Virus record (IMG/VR): IMGVR_UViG_3300023184_000033
Location: 1-64,000 of that record
Source: a virus
DNA length: 64,000 nt
Reading direction: 5' to 3' (one strand)
Shown here: positions 56,094 through 64,000 of the stretch, piece after piece
Layout of the letters: each line of letters opens with the position of its first letter
How positions within the stretch are numbered: position 1 is the stretch's first letter
Notes under the pieces: model-generated
Databases searched by the model: none
Told to the model about the DNA's origin: nothing
Seen by the model: only the letters and a program-made list of their open reading frames with translations
Translations under genes and position numbers: made by a program

Positions 56094-56504
56094 TCAACCA
56101 TTTTGTGGTCTTTTACCACCAATATTATATTTCGGTACTAATTGCCATTCACTTTTCTCTTTATGTGAAATGATTTTTATCTGAGATAAAAAGATTGGTT
56201 CCGGTACCTCAATCTGTTGTTTTCGTACCACATCTAATAGACCCCAATCCTGAAGAAGCTTTACGATAGCGTTTCTTCTGGCTAAGTCATTTTCTGTAAT
56301 ATCTGTAGGTTTACCATCTAATGCAAATAATTCTTTAAAGTGTACAATATAGTATTGTCCTCTCTTATGCAGAATATGGCAAGATTGGTAAAGTGTTTGT
56401 TCTTTTTTTGATGCCACACCAATACGAGTTAAAGTTTCTCTTACTTTTAAGAAGTCATCAACTTCCTTTAGTGTAACCTCCACCAAATCTGTGATATTAA
56501 TCAT
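56094..56504 (-). CDS. regA: translational repressor RegA
   Basis: DDFLKVRETLTRIG, LYQSCHILHK, VHFKEL. Confidence 0.95.
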   Translation of the reverse strand: MINITDLVEVTLKEVDDFLKVRETLTRIGVASKKEQTLYQSCHILHKRGQYYIVHFKELFALDGKPTDITENDLARRNAIVKLLQDWGLLDVVRKQQIEVPEPIFLSQIKIISHKEKSEWQLVPKYNIGGKRPQNG

Positions 56505-56893
56505 TATTTTTTCACTCCGCCTTTGTCTGTTCTTATTCTTATTTCAGCGATTTGTTCATCGGTAAGAATAGTCAAAGCTTCTTTGGCCTTGTTATCAGAA
56601 TAACCAAAGTAGACTTTCACACATTCTAAATCTTTTTGGGCCTCGGCTTTTTGCCATGGTTGAAACTTTCGTTTCATAGACCTTACAGTATTTAGAAGAT
56701 AGGCATATTGAAGGTCCTTGTCGAGACCTGGACACTTATTCATCTCATTTGCATAGTATACACAGTCAATATGATAGGACAAGGCCTTGTTTATAATGTA
56801 TGGATTGTAGTCCTTCAAATCGATATCATCATGAATGACAGACTTTTTAGTCTGAAGAATCGATGGAATGATTTCTTTGAATAGATCCGGCAT
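56504..56893 (-). CDS. 62: clamp loader small subunit (gp62)
   Basis: YNPYIINKALS, NEMN, synteny. Confidence 0.9.
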   Translation of the reverse strand: MPDLFKEIIPSILQTKKSVIHDDIDLKDYNPYIINKALSYHIDCVYYANEMNKCPGLDKDLQYAYLLNTVRSMKRKFQPWQKAEAQKDLECVKVYFGYSDNKAKEALTILTDEQIAEIRIRTDKGGVKK

Positions 56894-57828
56894 TACTTAA
56901 ACTCACAATCTGCCATGATTTCTGTCAGGCAGGCCATAAGATTAATTTCATGGTCTGCAACAAAGGCGGCCTGATATTGGTATCTAGCAAGGTGAATAAC
57001 TAATTGTGGTACCGAGTTTGATGTGAGTGCTTCTGATAGTGTGTCATACAACTTACGGTACAAACGTGTTGGATCGTTATCCAAGTTGTTGGTGACCCAT
57101 TTACGACAGGCAGAAAAGTCTTTGTCACGTAGGGACTTGGTCAGTTCACCCATCTGAACATCCGTCACAGATGCCAAAATACCTTTATCGATACAACCAG
57201 ATACGGAATATCGTTGCAATTCATTTAGAACACGGCGATTGTCTGGAAAGTACTTGGTAATAATGGCAGCCACAACTTCTTTGTCGTAGGTGATTTCTTC
57301 TTCTTTGAGAATCCACTCCACACGTTTGAAGAATTGTGAAGCCATCTTTGCTTTGCTGCCATTGATTTTGAAGTCAATGACCGAGCAACGAGAATGAATC
57401 GGATCAATAATACGATTCTTAAAGTTACAGGTGAAGATAAACGAACAGTTACTAGAGAACTCCTCGATTGCACCACGCAATGCAGGTTGCGTTGAATTTG
57501 GATTTAGATAGTCTGCCTCATCGATGATGATGACCTTACGGCCACCAGTCAAAGACATAGACGAAGCATAGTTCTTAATTTTGTTACGAAGAACGTCAAT
57601 ACCAGACTCATCAGAACCGTTGATGATAATATAGTCACAACCCACTTCATTGCAAAGTGCTTTGGCGATTGTGGTTTTACCAACACCTGCTGTACCAGAC
57701 AATAACAGGTTTGGAATCTCTTTACGGTTTACATATTCCTGAAACGTAGTTTTAATGTTTTCAGGAAGGATACAGTCTTCAACTCTACTTGGGCGATACT
57801 TCTCCACCCACAAGATATCGTGATTCAT
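56893..57828 (-). CDS. 44: clamp loader large subunit (gp44)
   Basis: WVEKYRP, GTAGVGKT, DEAD, SRC. Confidence 0.95.
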   Translation of the reverse strand: MNHDILWVEKYRPSRVEDCILPENIKTTFQEYVNRKEIPNLLLSGTAGVGKTTIAKALCNEVGCDYIIINGSDESGIDVLRNKIKNYASSMSLTGGRKVIIIDEADYLNPNSTQPALRGAIEEFSSNCSFIFTCNFKNRIIDPIHSRCSVIDFKINGSKAKMASQFFKRVEWILKEEEITYDKEVVAAIITKYFPDNRRVLNELQRYSVSGCIDKGILASVTDVQMGELTKSLRDKDFSACRKWVTNNLDNDPTRLYRKLYDTLSEALTSNSVPQLVIHLARYQYQAAFVADHEINLMACLTEIMADCEFK

Positions 57829-57858
57829 TCAAAAACTCCATAATATAAAAAATTAACA

Positions 57859-58137
57859 TTACTTAATAGAAGTAATACTTTCAATGAGGGATTCAAGTTC
57901 TTTGAACTCTGCAACCTCAGTTTGTAATGACTGCTTGTGCTGTGTTTTGGCAATGCGTTTAATAATCTTTTTAGGGATTTTTAATTCGTCATGTCCAATT
58001 TCAATGATATCTTTGATTGCTTGATTGTTTGCTTCATTTTTTTGAATGTGTAAAACAATCTCATCGATATAACCTTTGAGAGATTTTAATTGTTTCTCAT
58101 CAAAGGTTCCATATAATGTGGTAACTTGATTAACCAT
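57859..58137 (-). CDS. DsbA/GapR-like dsDNA-binding protein
   Basis: helical pattern IKDII...ELKIPKKII.RIAK..HK. Confidence 0.55.
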   Translation of the reverse strand: MVNQVTTLYGTFDEKQLKSLKGYIDEIVLHIQKNEANNQAIKDIIEIGHDELKIPKKIIKRIAKTQHKQSLQTEVAEFKELESLIESITSIK

Positions 58138-58339
58138 TGCTATTCAATGCGCCTACAATTTCTAGATAAACTGCTTTGACAATCACTTGGCGACCTGATG
58201 TAAAAATTACACAACGTTCCGGTCCAACCTCAGCAACGCCTTCAATTTTATCTTTGGCAATTGCAATGCTGCGTTCAACAACTTGTTGTTGTTCACCATC
58301 ACCGGTAATTTCTAACATTTGAAAATGCATAAAATTCAT
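58130..58339 (-). CDS. hypothetical protein
   Basis: ORF in operon. Confidence 0.55.
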   Translation of the reverse strand: MNFMHFQMLEITGDGEQQQVVERSIAIAKDKIEGVAEVGPERCVIFTSGRQVIVKAVYLEIVGALNSNG

Positions 58340-58340
58340 A

Positions 58341-59009
58341 TTATTCTACCTTAGAGTCTTTCGCTTCAAAAGCGATAAAATATTCAATATCAACGTTGAC
58401 ATTTTTAAAGAAACAGAATCCTTTAAAAGAAATCTGTACGTCATATGTACCAGCAATCAACTTCAGGTTTTCAACTAAGAAAATAACCTTGAATTTGTTT
58501 CCGTTACCTGTTCCAACTTCAACTGAGTTTGTGTGTGCTGAGTCATCTTTAGCATTACAGGCTGTCAACTTAATGGTTTCGCCATCAGATTCAACTGCAA
58601 TATGTGGTGATTGTAAGACCTTTGCGGCATCTATAATGGATGCATAGTCTTCTTGTGTCAACTGGAAAGTAGAATCAATACTGGGAAGCGTCAATACTTT
58701 TTCTGGCGGAGTAACAATCATGTGTTTGGCAGTCTTACGATATGTTGTACGACTACGACCATTTTTGAAAATGACATTTGAGTCATCAAAATCCATCTCA
58801 GGGTCTTTGTTCAAGAAATATACAGACAAGAATTGATTCAAGTCATATACACAAAAATCTTGCGGAAAGTTATCCTTGAGGGTAGCCTTAGCAAGTACTG
58901 TTTTACTGGATGAGATTGTAGAAATCTTATTGCCAGTTTTAAACTCAATGCCGGGGTTAATGCTTGCAAAGTTTTTCAATACATCAACGGTTTCTTTCGA
59001 AAGTTTCAT
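58341..59009 (-). CDS. 45: sliding clamp (gp45)
   Basis: MKLSKET..VLKNFASIN, YDLNQFL. Confidence 0.92.
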   Translation of the reverse strand: MKLSKETVDVLKNFASINPGIEFKTGNKISTISSSKTVLAKATLKDNFPQDFCVYDLNQFLSVYFLNKDPEMDFDDSNVIFKNGRSRTTYRKTAKHMIVTPPEKVLTLPSIDSTFQLTQEDYASIIDAAKVLQSPHIAVESDGETIKLTACNAKDDSAHTNSVEVGTGNGNKFKVIFLVENLKLIAGTYDVQISFKGFCFFKNVNVDIEYFIAFEAKDSKVE

Positions 59010-59407
59010 TTCACTTCTCCATCATTTAAAGAATACATTATATCATGTTCATATAAAAACATCAAGCAGCACATAGCATGTGCCAAGTGATGTATACCAG
59101 ATTCTGGATCCATCTGTTCGCCTTTTTTGTAGGCCCAAATGTGCCGTTCCATTGCATCGAAATATCTACGCTTCGAATCTGGTACTTTTTTCCAATTATC
59201 ACGTTCATACTTCTGAGCACCAAAAGTTAGAACCTTTACTGTTTCCTCTAATGCAAGAGGTGGTAGTAAACCATATTCCAATTTTCCACCATCGAACTTG
59301 CGGCCTGTATTGGGCATTTCGGCCAAAATTGGCCGATTATTATTAAACTCTATTTTGCCGATTGAAAAATCATGAGCAATTGGCGGCAAAGGTCTTATTG
59401 TCATCAC
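59006..59407 (-). CDS. dATP/dGTP diphosphohydrolase (DUF5664)
   Basis: KFDGGK, FGAQKY..DNW, DPESG.HHLAHA. Confidence 0.85.
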   Translation of the reverse strand: MMTIRPLPPIAHDFSIGKIEFNNNRPILAEMPNTGRKFDGGKLEYGLLPPLALEETVKVLTFGAQKYERDNWKKVPDSKRRYFDAMERHIWAYKKGEQMDPESGIHHLAHAMCCLMFLYEHDIMYSLNDGEVK

Positions 59408-60201
59408 ATCTCTCCAACAAAGTTAGCCACTGCTGGCATGTCTCCCTTGAAGTGATATGTACCAATGTGGTCTGTTTTCATCCATGGACACAGGAAGATT
59501 TTACCACCAATGTTTCTCCACCACTGACAGAACATATAATCTTCTGAAAGATAACGTTGAGAATCTTTATCAATAACTGTATCAAAATAGGCATGAATGT
59601 ATCGTGTGCCATCAAAGTGAGCTTGACCAACGTGGTCTGGTTTATAACGAAATTCAGGATATGCTTTTTCCCAAACACTAAACACTTCACGTTTTACCAT
59701 CATAAATCCTGTACCAATTTCAAGTACTTCTAATGGTTCAGACACATTGAATTGTGCAGTACCTTTAACAGGATTAAAAACATAATCACCAGTAATATTT
59801 GCCAAATCGTTTGGTTCAATTTCTGGATTCTTTAGGATAGCAGTCTTCACAGACTTCCATTTAATTGCTTTCTTAGGATACGGGCCACCAATAACATCTT
59901 TATCCAAAGCAAGTAATGCAATCACATCACGTGGATCAAAATGAATATCTGAATCCAAGAATAATAGGTGTGTGCAATCTGAACGATTCAAGAATTCATC
60001 AACAAGATAATTTCTTGCACGTGTAATTAATGATTCATTGAAGAGAAAAGAAAACTTTATTTGAATTCCATATTGAATACAAAGTGCTTGCAAATCAAGA
60101 CAAGCTTTACAGTACAGACCGTGATTCATACCGCCATACATTGGTGTGGCCACAAAGATTTTTTTCTTTTGCAAATCTTCTTTTTTAATTGAAATTTCCA
60201 T
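59404..60201 (-). CDS. GT-A fold glycosyltransferase-like protein
   Basis: ESLITRARN, FLDSD, GTGFM, LSEDY.FC. Confidence 0.75.
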   Translation of the reverse strand: MEISIKKEDLQKKKIFVATPMYGGMNHGLYCKACLDLQALCIQYGIQIKFSFLFNESLITRARNYLVDEFLNRSDCTHLLFLDSDIHFDPRDVIALLALDKDVIGGPYPKKAIKWKSVKTAILKNPEIEPNDLANITGDYVFNPVKGTAQFNVSEPLEVLEIGTGFMMVKREVFSVWEKAYPEFRYKPDHVGQAHFDGTRYIHAYFDTVIDKDSQRYLSEDYMFCQWWRNIGGKIFLCPWMKTDHIGTYHFKGDMPAVANFVGEM

Positions 60202-60211
60202 CTTTTCTCCG

Positions 60212-60252
60212 AAATAAAAAAAAAGGGGTAAGCCAAAGATGGCTTAACCCCC
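60212..60252 (-). terminator. intrinsic terminator
   Basis: GGGG.TAAGCC/GGCTTACCCC stem plus T-run. Confidence 0.7.
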
Positions 60253-60266
60253 ATACTAACGCTTGA

Positions 60267-60527
60267 TTAGAATCCTGCAGCGTATGCAGCACGAATCATT
60301 GCTTTAGTTGGTTTACCTGTACGATAAACTTGAACTTTGCTACCATCACCACGGCGTTTTGTGTTCGTGTAGATTACGTTGCCTTCTTGACGGAGTTCGT
60401 CAATACGAGCAGCAACATTAGAGATACCAAAACGAGCACGTGCTTGTGCAACGCTTAGTGTGTTGTAACCCTCAGACTTGTTCAAGAAGTTGAGAATCTT
60501 TTGTTTTGCTGAAATAACTTTTGCCAT
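60267..60527 (-). CDS. winged-HTH protein
   Basis: QARARFGISNVAARIDELRQEG; likely start MAKVIS after AGGAG. Confidence 0.7.
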   Translation of the reverse strand: MAKVISAKQKILNFLNKSEGYNTLSVAQARARFGISNVAARIDELRQEGNVIYTNTKRRGDGSKVQVYRTGKPTKAMIRAAYAAGF

Positions 60528-60634
60528 AATATAGCTCCTAAAATAATAAAAAATAACGAAATCTTGTTTGCACAAGAACACATATCATAACATTATATAT
60601 GTGTATTGTCAAGCGTTTTACTGGTACACTTAAC

Positions 60635-61900
60635 TTATCTGCCGACCTGGGGCAAATATTTCTTCTTGGTTTCTTCCCAAGAAAGCATAATCAAGTCATC
60701 ATAGAAAAGTGTTTCATATGAAACATTGTTTTTCTTTTTTAACATTGATATGCGACCTTTGGCATATTTGGTTTTCCAAATAGTTGCCAGAGTTTTCTCA
60801 CTAGTGTCAAATGACTTTACCAGTTGGTCATCTGAAATCTGTTTACACAAATATTCATTCGTGTTGTTGTACAGAGGTGAGAAATATATACCACGTTGAT
60901 GTTCGGTTCTAATCAATTCTTTTGGAATCTTTAGTTTAGAATACGCAAAGTTCAACGAACGGTTTTTGTGGTCACGTTTAAGTGGAAGTCCTTGAGTGTT
61001 CTTGGCTTCCCACCATTCAAAGTATTTACGTGTATGGTTTTCTTTAATCCATTCGAATACCATATGCATGGTTTTTCTCTTTGGTTCAAATGCAACCGAA
61101 CCAGAGGAGAATCCCATTTTGTTCCAGTGTTCTAGTCCATCATATTGAGAAAGACCACCAGACTTAGTATTCCCATAAAGAGAAGTAGTTGTAACTCCCA
61201 CCAGGACATCTCCATATCTTTCCTTCCAGTCTTTTTGTACAGTATCGGAAAGACACAACAAGGCCAGTAGTTTACCACCCATATAATTAAACCCTAGTGG
61301 CTGTAAAGGTACTATGGTTGATCCGATGGCTGTATGATTAATCATACCTTGTTGTGTCTTAACATCTCTTGACCAACCAATTGCATTATCTCTTGGAGTC
61401 AAGTCTAGGAAATCGGATGATATACAAATAACACCCAAGTACTTACCTGTTTTATTATCCTTAACTGTATAAAACAAGTTACGACCAATATTAGAGTTGT
61501 TCTTCATTGTAGAAGAAAAGGTGCGAATGGCATTCCATGTTTCTGCCAAGTCACCATTCGACAATTCTAAAACTGGTTCTAAATTCTCATAGTCATCTGG
61601 ATTCTGTGGCATCCAGAAATTACTTTTTACTTTATCAACAATCTTCTTTTGGTCAGGATTCAACATCTGAAGTTCATCACCAAAAAGTGTATTGACTTCT
61701 CTTGTAGGATAACGTTCTTTCACTTCACACCATTTTTGGTATAAGGTATATTCACGTACATCCATTTTAGATGCATATGTCAAATCTTCTGTGAGAGTTT
61801 TCTTGAGTTGTTCTTCATCAATGTGTTCAAAATATTCAGGAGAATTTTTCTCTTGCCATTCAGACCATTGTTTATCAACGTACTCTACTGGAGTTGCCAT
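60635..61900 (-). CDS. DUF4338 (DruA-like) protein, second copy
   Basis: VPLQPLGFNYMGGKLLA, TTSLYG...SQYDG. Confidence 0.75.
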   Translation of the reverse strand: MATPVEYVDKQWSEWQEKNSPEYFEHIDEEQLKKTLTEDLTYASKMDVREYTLYQKWCEVKERYPTREVNTLFGDELQMLNPDQKKIVDKVKSNFWMPQNPDDYENLEPVLELSNGDLAETWNAIRTFSSTMKNNSNIGRNLFYTVKDNKTGKYLGVICISSDFLDLTPRDNAIGWSRDVKTQQGMINHTAIGSTIVPLQPLGFNYMGGKLLALLCLSDTVQKDWKERYGDVLVGVTTTSLYGNTKSGGLSQYDGLEHWNKMGFSSGSVAFEPKRKTMHMVFEWIKENHTRKYFEWWEAKNTQGLPLKRDHKNRSLNFAYSKLKIPKELIRTEHQRGIYFSPLYNNTNEYLCKQISDDQLVKSFDTSEKTLATIWKTKYAKGRISMLKKKNNVSYETLFYDDLIMLSWEETKKKYLPQVGR

Positions 61901-62495
61901 GTTTTAATTTACTCGCATTTTTCTGCAAACGGGATGCCATTGTTAGAAGTTTATCTTTTTTCTTCATACCTTGTTTCAAGGCTAAAGGTTTTACACGACT
62001 AGTGTAACACACTCCGTTCAGATGGTCAAGCTCATGGAGAAAACATCTTGCACTTATACCAGTTAAGTTTTCTTTTTTTAGTTCTCCTAGATGGTTGTGG
62101 AACTCTACCACAATACCAGCAGAACGTTCAATATGCAGGCCTAACAATGGAAATGAAAGGCAACCTTCCGTCATCATTACTTTATCATTGGATTCAGCAA
62201 TCAACTTGGGATTAAAAAATGCCACATATTCATCACCAGCACCCATTACAAATACACGATGTTTAAATCCACATTGATTGGCAGATAATGATACACCACG
62301 ATGGTGTTTACATGTCTCAACCAAACGTGATGCCAATAAAACCGGATCTGTTGGTGGTTTTTTAAAATCAAATTCTGGTAGTACCTCTTTCAAAACCAGA
62401 TCAGTTTCTGGAACCAAATCAAAGAGTTGTACATGCATCATCCGATTCGGTTCAGCCAAATCGTTTGTATTAAATCTAATAATCTCTTCACTCAT
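61875..62495 (-). CDS. def: peptide deformylase
   Basis: GVSLSANQ, EGCLS, HELDH. Confidence 0.9.
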   Translation of the reverse strand: MSEEIIRFNTNDLAEPNRMMHVQLFDLVPETDLVLKEVLPEFDFKKPPTDPVLLASRLVETCKHHRGVSLSANQCGFKHRVFVMGAGDEYVAFFNPKLIAESNDKVMMTEGCLSFPLLGLHIERSAGIVVEFHNHLGELKKENLTGISARCFLHELDHLNGVCYTSRVKPLALKQGMKKKDKLLTMASRLQKNASKLKHGNSSRVR

Positions 62496-64000
62496 TTTTC
62501 AATCCTACTAAAATTGTTTTTCTTGCCAAACTTAATTACACTACGGAACTTATCAAATAGTTGGTCACCCTTATGAGAGATAACAAACACATTTGTATCA
62601 ATACCAATTTCGTGTATCAGCTTTAAAAATTCTTCAGTGCCTACAGTATCCAAAGAAGAATCAAACACTTCATCCAAAATCAATAGATTGGTATTGGTAC
62701 TATTCTTTAGTTTTGCAATCTGTCTCCATGTAAACAATAGAGCCAGATCGATACGCATCTTTTCACCCTCGGAGAAGTTTGCATAAGAGAAATCATCACG
62801 GTGTCTACTCTTAATTGTTTCTTCAAAATTCTCATTGATGTTAAAGTTAACAAAGAAGTCCATTGCAGTTAGGTACTTGTTAATTAACTTGTTCATAACT
62901 GGCAAATACTGTTTGATGATTCTGGTTTTGATACCCGTATCTTTCAACAGATTACTTGCAAATTCGTTGTATTGTTTTTCAATTAATAGTTCTTTGTATG
63001 TTTGATTGTATCCATCCAGTTCAACTTTCAAGTCTTTTAACTTTTGGTTTTCTTCTTCAAGGTTGTCTTTGCGTATGGATAACTCGCCAACTTCTGCTTG
63101 AATTTTGGCAATATATTTGTTTACTGCCGAGATGGTAGAATTGTGTTTTACAATCTCATTGTTATGTTCTTGGACATGTTTAACTATTTTTTGGATTTCT
63201 TCGATTCTTGCATTTGCTTTTTGGATTTGTCCCTCGATATCTTTAACTGCAAGGCTAACCGTTCCCTTTGTTTGATTGATTCCACTAAGCTGGCTATGTC
63301 TGAAGGTGTCAGCGATATCCTGCTTACAGGTTGGACAGGAGTGATTTTCATCGTAGAACTTTTCCTCTTTATCAAGTTTTTTAAGTTTAGATTCCAGTTT
63401 AGATTCTAATTGTAATAATTTAGAACTTTTCTTTTCGATTAATAATTTGTCCGAAATCTTATTTTGCAGTATATCAATGTGTTTATTGATTAATACAATC
63501 TCTTTATTTAATTTATCAATCTGTTGTTCAGACTCAATGATTTCATTTTTCTTTTTATCAATTTCGGCATCATTGTGTTTCTTATGTTCGTCAATATTAT
63601 GTTTTTGCAGTTCAATTTTTTCACCTGCAAGCACCATATCGTATTTGCTTTTGGTAAGATTTTCTTTTACAATAGACATACGTTCCTTCACAAGATTATT
63701 CATCGAGGAAAAGATTTGAATGTCTAGAAGGTCCTCAATGATTGTTCTTCGGTCTGATGAAGACAATTGCATGAACGGAGTGAATGATGCTGAACCAAGA
63801 ATAACAACCTGCGTAAAAGACTTATAGTTTAGTTTAAGAATTGAATTCTCTAATATGTCTTGATAGTCTTTAGCAGCTGCATCTTGATTCAGCAAAACAG
63901 AATCGCAGTAAATCTCAAACACGTTAGGTTTAATACCACGAACAATTTTATAGTTCTTTTGACCAATCTTTAATTCAATTTCAACAATACAATCACGTTG
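62492..64000 (-). CDS. 46: recombination endonuclease subunit gp46 (SbcC/Rad50-like), 5' end outside window
   Basis: CPTC zinc hook, FSEGE signature, LDEVFD; frame is open to the window edge. Confidence 0.93.
   Translation of the reverse strand, partial: QRDCIVEIELKIGQKNYKIVRGIKPNVFEIYCDSVLLNQDAAAKDYQDILENSILKLNYKSFTQVVILGSASFTPFMQLSSSDRRTIIEDLLDIQIFSSMNNLVKERMSIVKENLTKSKYDMVLAGEKIELQKHNIDEHKKHNDAEIDKKKNEIIESEQQIDKLNKEIVLINKHIDILQNKISDKLLIEKKSSKLLQLESKLESKLKKLDKEEKFYDENHSCPTCKQDIADTFRHSQLSGINQTKGTVSLAVKDIEGQIQKANARIEEIQKIVKHVQEHNNEIVKHNSTISAVNKYIAKIQAEVGELSIRKDNLEEENQKLKDLKVELDGYNQTYKELLIEKQYNEFASNLLKDTGIKTRIIKQYLPVMNKLINKYLTAMDFFVNFNINENFEETIKSRHRDDFSYANFSEGEKMRIDLALLFTWRQIAKLKNSTNTNLLILDEVFDSSLDTVGTEEFLKLIHEIGIDTNVFVISHKGDQLFDKFRSVIKFGKKNNFSRIEK

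Noticed and set aside
842-63727. Many short antisense or shadow ORFs in the track (e.g. 2863..3105, 37307..37819, 55198..55581)
   Set aside because: They lie opposite or within well-supported genes, lack an RBS and have no recognisable motifs.
1-64000. Stop-codon reassignment, introns/inteins in core genes, CRISPR arrays
   Set aside because: Core genes are intact and of normal length in the standard code, no suppressor anticodon was seen, and no repeat-spacer arrays were found.

Overview
A 64-kb segment of a large T4-like (Tevenvirinae-like) myovirus genome, AT-rich and mostly encoded on the minus strand. A proteobacterial, possibly freshwater betaproteobacterial, host is inferred from gene content only. 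The window holds the T4-type replication and recombination core (gp46, gp45, gp44, gp62, regA, gp43, uvsX, gp41, gp61, RNase H), nucleotide metabolism (nrdA, nrdB, thioredoxin, thyX, dCMP deaminase, MazG-like proteins) and a lysis cassette (3TM holin, GH19 endolysin, spanins). It also has a late-promoter cluster of probable capsid-internal proteins, two sugar-modification clusters (glycosyltransferases; ADP-heptose hldC/hldA/hldD), a plus-strand accessory island (truncated sensor, internally deleted iscU, iscA/erpA, LpxH-like, PBP-like) and a ~6-kb array of 27 tRNAs covering all 20 amino acids, interspersed with unexplained structured RNAs. The most striking observation is at the head of the tRNA array. 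A sigma70 promoter is followed by a 36-codon leader ORF that encodes all 20 amino acids, with its first 26 codons all different. After it come a mutually exclusive antiterminator/terminator pair and an rrn-type boxA. This looks like a pan-codon translational attenuator that would turn on phage tRNA transcription when any host tRNA is limiting. All calls are from manual reading; no database searches were run.
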